DNA of 19,309 nucleotides from a virus: positions 1-19,309 of IMG/VR virus record IMGVR_UViG_3300029725_000137. One strand, 5' to 3'. The notes under the pieces were generated by a model. That model was not told the DNA's origin. It saw nothing but the letters and a program-made list of their open reading frames with translations, and did not search any database. The translations under genes were made by a program, and so were the position numbers. Each line of letters opens with the position of its first letter. Position 1 is the first letter of the stretch. Below are positions 8,543 through 13,208 of this stretch, in pieces.

Positions 8543-9881
8543 CGTAAAACCCTTTCATCAGCGCATTGTTGATAAGCTCCCTCAATTGTTCAAAAGCGTC
8601 GGGCGGTATACCGTTATCTTCAGCTTCCCGGTTGGATGCTGCCACAGGAGGAGCGGCATCCCGGGTGTCCTCGACGGACATGCCGAGCTTCTCTTCAACT
8701 TCCGTCTTTTCCAACCGCACGCCTCCATCCGCAAGAGCGGCGATTTCTTCCGCCTTCTGCAGCGGCGTCTGGACGGTATCAAAGGTGATCTGGAGTCGGG
8801 CCAGCGGTTCTGCGTCTCCCAGCACAAGAGGATTAACGGCAGTATTAAAGGCTTCCGCCACTTTGCTGCACACAGCGGACACGACGGAATTCCAGCTATC
8901 TGTATGCGCTCCCCCGGCCAGGGTGCCGGATCCCGATTCGTTCAACACAGTCAGAGTGCCGGCCATCACAAAGCGTACCTGATCCTTGTCGGCAAGATTG
9001 ATACGCGAGAGGAAATAGTTTTCATTGATGGAGGATGCCTTGAGGGGTTCCGCCGTACATCCGGGAGGCAGGACGACGGATGCACCTGACTTGAGTTCTT
9101 CGCAGGCGCGCTCAAGTGCGTCCATGACAGCGGCGCTTGCTTCTTTGGGAGCCGTGATGATGACCGGGGCGGACCCGTAGCGGTCCATGTGGTTGTCCCA
9201 GACAATCTTGGCATGGTTGCGCTCAAAGGAGGCTCGGGAGGCAGGAAACAGGATGGGATAGGGATGCTCCATCACCACAAGCGTTTCCTCTTCCACGCTT
9301 TCTCCCGTATCCACGCCAATATGGCATTGTGGGTTAAACTGCCACTCGTTCAGCTCGCCCGGGCGCACCCAATAACGCTGCGGAATAAATTCAAACCTCC
9401 GGCCCCAGGCGTCCTCGATAAATTGCAAATGGGCGTAGCCGTAAAATACCGCGGAAGCGAGTTGCCCAAACGCCGGCTGAAGGCCGTTAATGGAGTTGTA
9501 GAATTCTTCCAGGGCGTTTTTCTGTCTCTGTGCTTCGGGGCTGTCATTGGCGGCGTCAATTTTCCATCCCTGCATGGACACGCTTTCAATCATCCGCGAA
9601 TAGAGCATGCCCAGCATGCCGTCCGAATAGATTACCTCGTCCCAAATGAGCATTTGCCGCGCAAAGGCTCCCCTTCTGGCCTCATTGCGGGCATCAATGA
9701 GGGTTTGCAGGCCCGCCCCCTGGAGAGGATCCCAGTATTCAAACCATTGGGGGCGGCCAGGAAGGCGGCTCCGGTCCGTTAAGGCGCGTCGGGCAAGGTC
9801 TGTCTCAAGCTCCTTGATTCTGGTCTCTTGTTGTGCGACCAGCTTGGGAGCGTTGATGATATTTTTGACGGCGTTTAACCT
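8517..9881 (-). CDS. Portal protein, Mu gp29 / DUF935-like, with proposed AGG start
   Basis: The track ORF is 8517..9653 (ATG). The frame continues open upstream and reads [AGG]LNAVKNIINAPKLVAQQETRIKELETDLARRALTDRSRLPGRPQWFEYWDPLQGAGLQTLIDARNEARRGAFARQ-MLIWDEVIYSDG.., with no in-frame ATG/GTG/TTG. An in-frame AGG lies at 9881..9879, 23 nt downstream of the tRNA 3' end. This start gives 454 aa, a typical portal size. Confidence 0.72.
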   Translation of the reverse strand, partial: RLNAVKNIINAPKLVAQQETRIKELETDLARRALTDRSRLPGRPQWFEYWDPLQGAGLQTLIDARNEARRGAFARQMLIWDEVIYSDGMLGMLYSRMIESVSMQGWKIDAANDSPEAQRQKNALEEFYNSINGLQPAFGQLASAVFYGYAHLQFIEDAWGRRFEFIPQRYWVRPGELNEWQFNPQCHIGVDTGESVEEETLVVMEHPYPILFPASRASFERNHAKIVWDNHMDRYGSAPVIITAPKEASAAVMDALERACEELKSGASVVLPPGCTAEPLKASSINENYFLSRINLADKDQVRFVMAGTLTVLNESGSGTLAGGAHTDSWNSVVSAVCSKVAEAFNTAVNPLVLGDAEPLARLQITFDTVQTPLQKAEEIAALADGGVRLEKTEVEEKLGMSVEDTRDAAPPVAASNREAEDNGIPPDAFEQLRELINNALMKGFYDDQYKTNQ

Positions 9882-9904
9882 GCGACTGAGACGGTGAGAA
9901 ATAT

Positions 9905-9978
9905 TGGTTGCAGGGGGAGGAGTTGAACCTCCGACACGGGGACAGGAACCCCGTATGATACCGTTTCACCACCCTGCG
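9905..9978 (-). tRNA. tRNA with anticodon CCU, formally tRNA-Arg(CCT), carrying initiator-tRNA-type acceptor and anticodon stems
   Basis: 74-nt cloverleaf folded by hand. Acceptor CGCAGGG/CCCTGCA has 6 Watson-Crick pairs plus a C1-A72 mismatch. Then U8 G9, D-stem GUGA/UCAU, D-loop AACGGUA, A26. Anticodon stem is CGGGG/CCCCG and the loop is UUCCUGU, with anticodon CCU corresponding to plus-strand agg at 9944-9946. Variable loop UGUC, T-stem GGAGG/CCUCC, T-loop UUCAACU, discriminator A73, and an encoded CCA. Confidence 0.9.
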
Positions 9979-9994
9979 ATTGAATATACATCAA

Positions 9995-10023
9995 TACATA
10001 TAGATATGTTGATATATTGTCAA
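9995..10023 (-). promoter_or_regulatory. Candidate sigma70-type promoter dedicated to the tRNA
   Basis: On the minus strand, TTGACA (10023..10018) is followed by a 17-nt spacer and TATGTA (10000..9995). This lies in a 47-bp AT-rich, partly palindromic spacer between the terL stop (10026) and the tRNA 5' end (9978). Confidence 0.45.
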
Positions 10024-10025
10024 CC

Positions 10026-11399
10026 CTAATACCTGCCGATGGAACGATTTCTTTTTGGTCTTGTGACATACCAGGCTCCAAGCTCCCTGACCAAGCCGCT
10101 GTGTTTTCGTGCATGCCACGCCATGACAAGAGCGTCGGCCCGGTCGGGAGAACGAACTCCACGCTTTGCCATGTCCTCCTTGCTCTCGATTTTGACACGC
10201 CCGATCGCGTCTGTCTGGACGCGCGGTGCGACCAGCTGTTCGATTGTGTCCTCGTCGATGTCGAGAATGAGCTCTTTTTCCTCGATCGCACGGGCGAGCG
10301 CTCTCCAGGCCTGGGCGCGCAGATTGACAAAGGCCTGCGTATCGTCGGACGGAAAGCCGCCCCGGTAGGAGTGTATCGGGAAGCCCTCGGCCCGGAAGTC
10401 GTCGATGATGGGGAGCCCGAGTCCATCACCGTCGGCAAAGATACTGTCGGCGGGAATGCCAAGCTCGGCGGCTTTGCGCCGGAACCGTCCGCGGGCTCCG
10501 ACGGTGTCGGGGGCTGACCAGTGGTCGGCAATGAAGAAGCGATTGCCCTGCCCGGCCGCAAAGACGTTTTCGTCGCCCCCGGCGGCGAAGTCAAAGCCGC
10601 CGCAGGTCTCCCCGGTGTCCAAAAAGGGAGGCGGGTTGTTGAGCAGCTCCATGATGGCGCGGCGGGAAATGACGGATTGCCCGTCAAGGTCCGTGAATTC
10701 GCCGAGGATGGCCGAGCGGTAGAAGGAGGACTGTTCGCCGTATTCTTTTTTCAGGCGTTCGGCCTTGCCTGGATCGTTGATTTCGATGTGCGGGCAATCC
10801 TCGTATTTAACGCGGATTTTGTAGTAGAGGGATGAATTTTTGTGGAAGCAGTCGTAAAAGGTTCCGGAATCGGCACCCGGCGACGAGGTGATGAACGCGT
10901 TGAAGAGCGTGCAGCGGGAAACAGCGGTGAAGATGGGGTCCGGGATGGTCTTGGCTTCATCGAGGACGTAAAAGACCGGGTCAACGTCGGGCGAGATTTT
11001 CGGGTGCCATCCTTCCGCGCGTCCGGCGTTGTCGGTGGAGAATCCCACGGCAAATCCTCCTTCCGGCGTGCGGATTTCGGTTTTGTTGAATGTCCAGCCG
11101 TCAAAGAAGGGGTTATCCATATAACGGCGAAGCGCGGGAAAGAGCTGTTTTTCTACCTGCATCCACGATGATGACGTGACTGGCACCTGACCCCGAGGAA
11201 AATAGGTAAGGAAACACAGGATTGCCGGCGCAATGGATAGGCTCGTCTTTCCCGATCCGTTCGGAGCAACCATGGCCACGCTTCGGCCTCCCAGCCTCAC
11301 CTTTCCGAGAAGCAACGCCTTGATGGCCTCGATTTGCCAGGGATAAGGATCGAGTCCGAGGATGTGACGGAGGAAGAAGCTGACGGGGAGATGATTCCT
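10026..11399 (-). CDS. terL: Terminase large subunit with proposed AGG start
   Basis: Walker A is APNGSGKT, Walker B-like is VFYVLDEA, and the C-terminal half looks like the nuclease domain (..DFAAGGDENV.., ..ADGDGLG.., ..SPDRADAL..). The track ORF starts at TTG 11315. The frame is open to the TAA at 11408..11406, and the upstream part reads [AGG]NHLPVSFFLRHILGLDPYPWQIEAIKA-LLLGKV... The PYPWQ motif, typical of TerL N-termini, lies upstream of the first canonical start. In-frame AGG at 11399..11397. Confidence 0.8.
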   Translation of the reverse strand, partial: RNHLPVSFFLRHILGLDPYPWQIEAIKALLLGKVRLGGRSVAMVAPNGSGKTSLSIAPAILCFLTYFPRGQVPVTSSSWMQVEKQLFPALRRYMDNPFFDGWTFNKTEIRTPEGGFAVGFSTDNAGRAEGWHPKISPDVDPVFYVLDEAKTIPDPIFTAVSRCTLFNAFITSSPGADSGTFYDCFHKNSSLYYKIRVKYEDCPHIEINDPGKAERLKKEYGEQSSFYRSAILGEFTDLDGQSVISRRAIMELLNNPPPFLDTGETCGGFDFAAGGDENVFAAGQGNRFFIADHWSAPDTVGARGRFRRKAAELGIPADSIFADGDGLGLPIIDDFRAEGFPIHSYRGGFPSDDTQAFVNLRAQAWRALARAIEEKELILDIDEDTIEQLVAPRVQTDAIGRVKIESKEDMAKRGVRSPDRADALVMAWHARKHSGLVRELGAWYVTRPKRNRSIGRY

Positions 11400-11405
11400 G
11401 CTCGG

Positions 11406-11921
11406 TTAAGGGTGGAGTTTGCCGGCAATGGTTTCCAGCGCGGTTTTCTCGTCTTCCTGCAGCTGGGCGAGCTGCTCGGGGTCCAGCGTGATTTTCCGTT
11501 CCAGCGGCGCCCCGGGAACGCCGGCGACGTCCTGGCGGACCCGGTCTCCAAATTTTTCGGGAGCGAAACGGGCAGCGACTTTCAGCCGGGTTTCAATGGC
11601 GAGCTTCTTGGCAGCGACGGAGGCGGATCCGCAGTCGGGGTCGAGGGCAACCTGGGCAGCGGCATCTGACAAAGACTGACACTCGTCGAGCATGGCTTCC
11701 GACTGCGCTTCCCGCGCGCGCTGAATGAGTTTACAAAACTCTTCCCGTTCGTGCCTCCATCTCCAGACAGTTAAAACCTCCGGCATGTGATCGTCCGAGC
11801 AAATGGACTTCATCGTTTCCCCGTTGGCTAAGCGAGAGGCTATCTCGGCAGCTAACGCCTCCGTATAGAGGCTGGGCCGTCCTATTTTCTTGTTGGTGGT
11901 AGGTGATTGCTTCTTTTTCCT
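11406..11921 (-). CDS. terS: Terminase small subunit with proposed AGG start
   Basis: The C-terminal part ..RAREAQSEAMLDE..AAKKLAIETRLKVAARFAPEKFGDRV.. matches a widespread TerS family pattern. The track ORF starts at ATG 11813. The frame is open to the TAG at 11930..11928 and reads [AGG]KKKQSPTTNKKIGRPSLYTEALAAEIASRLANGET-MKSICSDDHMPEVLTVWRW.., the classic HTH N-terminus (GRPS.YT.E.A..I..RLA.GES) of this family. No in-frame ATG/GTG/TTG is present, and there is an in-frame AGG at 11921..11919. Confidence 0.75.
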   Translation of the reverse strand, partial: RKKKQSPTTNKKIGRPSLYTEALAAEIASRLANGETMKSICSDDHMPEVLTVWRWRHEREEFCKLIQRAREAQSEAMLDECQSLSDAAAQVALDPDCGSASVAAKKLAIETRLKVAARFAPEKFGDRVRQDVAGVPGAPLERKITLDPEQLAQLQEDEKTALETIAGKLHP

Positions 11922-11929
11922 GCGGGTCT

Positions 11930-11959
11930 ACTCTAGAGGACAAGTGGCTAACAAATCAA
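11930..11959 (-). promoter_or_regulatory. Weak candidate late-operon promoter
   Basis: On the minus strand, TTGATT (11959..11954) is followed by an 18-nt spacer and TAGAGT (11935..11930). A transcription start there would fall 1-4 nt before the terS AGG, giving a near-leaderless mRNA. The match is weak. Confidence 0.25.
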
Positions 11960-11991
11960 GCACTCTGTTTGTTCATTCCTTTCTGGGGCCA

Positions 11992-12020
11992 TTGACAAAT
12001 CTGACCCTCTCACATATACA
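11992..12020 (+). promoter_or_regulatory. Candidate sigma70-type promoter for the plus-strand accessory block
   Basis: TTGACA (11992-11997), a 17-nt spacer, then TATACA (12015-12020). The GTG of the next ORF is at 12027, so the transcript would be leaderless or nearly so. Confidence 0.45.
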
Positions 12021-12026
12021 GATTTT

Positions 12027-12545
12027 GTGAAAAAGTGTCCTATATGCGGCAAGGATGTTCCGCCGCGCTACGGATCGCGGGAAAGAGTGTACTGCTCCCG
12101 CGCATGTCTCAAGGCACACTATGACGCCGCCTGGGAAACTATCACCTGCCCCGTGTGCGGAAAGGAATTCCGCGCTAAAAAACTCTTTCGGCGGAAACAT
12201 TGCTCTTATCCTTGCGCGAATGCAGCCCAGAAGGGGCGGAAAATCACGTCAGAAGCCTTTCAGGAGGCTTGCAAGCATCGGGGAGTTCCCGGCCCCAGGA
12301 AGCACCCCAGAACAGGGAAATTTGAGACAAATTGCCATGCAAAGATATGGCTGCTGGAATCCCCGGATGGAGAGAAAGTCACGGCTCGGAATCTCAAACT
12401 CTACATGATAGACCGGTACGGCGAAGAAAAGGGGAAAAAGGTCTATAAGCTCCTGGTTTGTGCTGCACAACGCTTCCGTAAATGCGGACATGGCGGCGGC
12501 GCCGGATGGCGGGTACTTGCCGCCCCTGCCGTCCCGAAGGAATAA
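12027..12545 (+). CDS. Tandem zinc-ribbon (FCS/TRASH-like) protein with a C-terminal phage DNA-binding-like tail
   Basis: 172 aa starting at GTG. It has two copies of CPxCGK-x(11-13)-(Y/H)CSxxC: CPICGKDVPPRYGSRERVYCSRAC and CPVCGKEFRAKKLFRRKHCSYPC. The C-terminal ..CHAKIWLLESPDGEKVTARNLKLYM...GWRV resembles tails seen on phage homing-endonuclease-like ORFs. That resemblance is from memory and low confidence. Confidence 0.6.
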   Translation: MKKCPICGKDVPPRYGSRERVYCSRACLKAHYDAAWETITCPVCGKEFRAKKLFRRKHCSYPCANAAQKGRKITSEAFQEACKHRGVPGPRKHPRTGKFETNCHAKIWLLESPDGEKVTARNLKLYMIDRYGEEKGKKVYKLLVCAAQRFRKCGHGGGAGWRVLAAPAVPKE

Positions 12546-12576
12546 AAAAGGGCAGCCCCGAAGAACCGCCCTTTTT
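12544..12576 (+). terminator. Candidate bidirectional-looking intrinsic terminator
   Basis: An A-run (12544-12549) precedes stem GGGCAG (12550-12555) / CCGCCC (12566-12571), which has one mismatch and a 10-nt loop. It is followed by TTTTT (12572-12576), directly after the stop of 12027..12545. Confidence 0.45.
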
Positions 12577-12746
12577 AAGGGAATGAGCGTTTCCGCTCGT
12601 GCTGATCTTGTGATCGTTTTAATCCACAGCCCCGGAGGGCTGACGTGTTCCTAGAAAGAACAAATTACTTCTCTCATATTTTGCGCCAGACCGCAAGCAA
12701 AAACGGAATGACAACTTTTTTCACCTTTTTTCATTTTTTCTCTTGC

Positions 12747-12769
12747 GTTACTATAAATTTTATAGTAAC
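12747..12769. promoter_or_regulatory. Perfect 23-bp palindrome, a candidate operator, in the AT-rich promoter region of the acidic-protein gene
   Basis: GTTACTATAAA-T-TTTATAGTAAC has 11-bp arms, all 11 positions complementary. It contains TATAAA/TATAGT -10-like hexamers and lies 75 bp upstream of ATG 12844. Confidence 0.5.
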
Positions 12770-12843
12770 TTAATTTTGTTGACGGGAGGTAAGGGACCGA
12801 ACGAAGACATAATCCAAACAACAAAACTAGAAAGAACAAGACA

Positions 12844-13167
12844 ATGAACGATAACAAAATCATCACCACGGAAGACGGAGAAGAAATCAACCTGACCGCT
12901 CTTGAACGTGAATTCGGCAGCTACGACTTTGAAGGCAAGACCTATTATGCAGCGCGCCAGATGGAATACACCAACAGGGTTTTCCCTGGCTCCTACGCGG
13001 ACAAATACGAGGACGGCAGCTACATGGAAGAATGGTCTGCTCCTGGCTATGATGCAGAAGGGAACAAGGTTGAAATCTTCATGGCCTTTGAACAAATGAC
13101 GGGCGAAGAAATTGACGGAGAAAACCTCAACTGGACGCAGGACGCTTCCCGCGTTGAAGCTCGCTAA
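12844..13167 (+). CDS. Small, strongly acidic protein (107 aa), function unknown
   Basis: ATG start. By my count there are about 25 D/E versus 9 K/R. It has its own AT-rich upstream region and a downstream hairpin. Confidence 0.65.
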   Translation: MNDNKIITTEDGEEINLTALEREFGSYDFEGKTYYAARQMEYTNRVFPGSYADKYEDGSYMEEWSAPGYDAEGNKVEIFMAFEQMTGEEIDGENLNWTQDASRVEAR

Positions 13168-13176
13168 ATAACCCCC

Positions 13177-13204
13177 AGGGGCGGCAAAGCCGCCCCTCCT
13201 TTCT
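13177..13204 (+). terminator. Candidate terminator or attenuating hairpin
   Basis: GGGGCGGC-AAA-GCCGCCCC (13177-13195) followed by TCCTTTCTC. The U-tract is poor, and the next ATG is only 5 nt further on, so it is probably leaky. Confidence 0.4.
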
Positions 13205-13208
13205 CACT

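Noticed and set aside
9905-9978. A suppressor tRNA or stop-codon reassignment as the explanation for the start-less genes, which are bounded by in-frame TAG or TAA
   Set aside because: The anticodon is CCU, not complementary to any stop codon. TAA, TAG and TGA all serve as ordinary gene ends throughout the operon: TAG at 6975 and 10026, TAA at 6018 and 7427, TGA at 8517 and 5520.
11397-11408. A TerS-TerL fusion by TAA read-through, since the two are in the same frame
   Set aside because: Separate small and large subunits are the norm, and nothing around the TAA resembles a read-through context that I can recognise. It remains a testable alternative and is listed under the terL finding.
12779-12813. 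A TTGACG ... CATAAT promoter for the acidic-protein gene
   Set aside because: The spacer between the two hexamers is 23 nt, too long for a sigma70-type promoter. The exact promoter in this AT-rich region is left unresolved.
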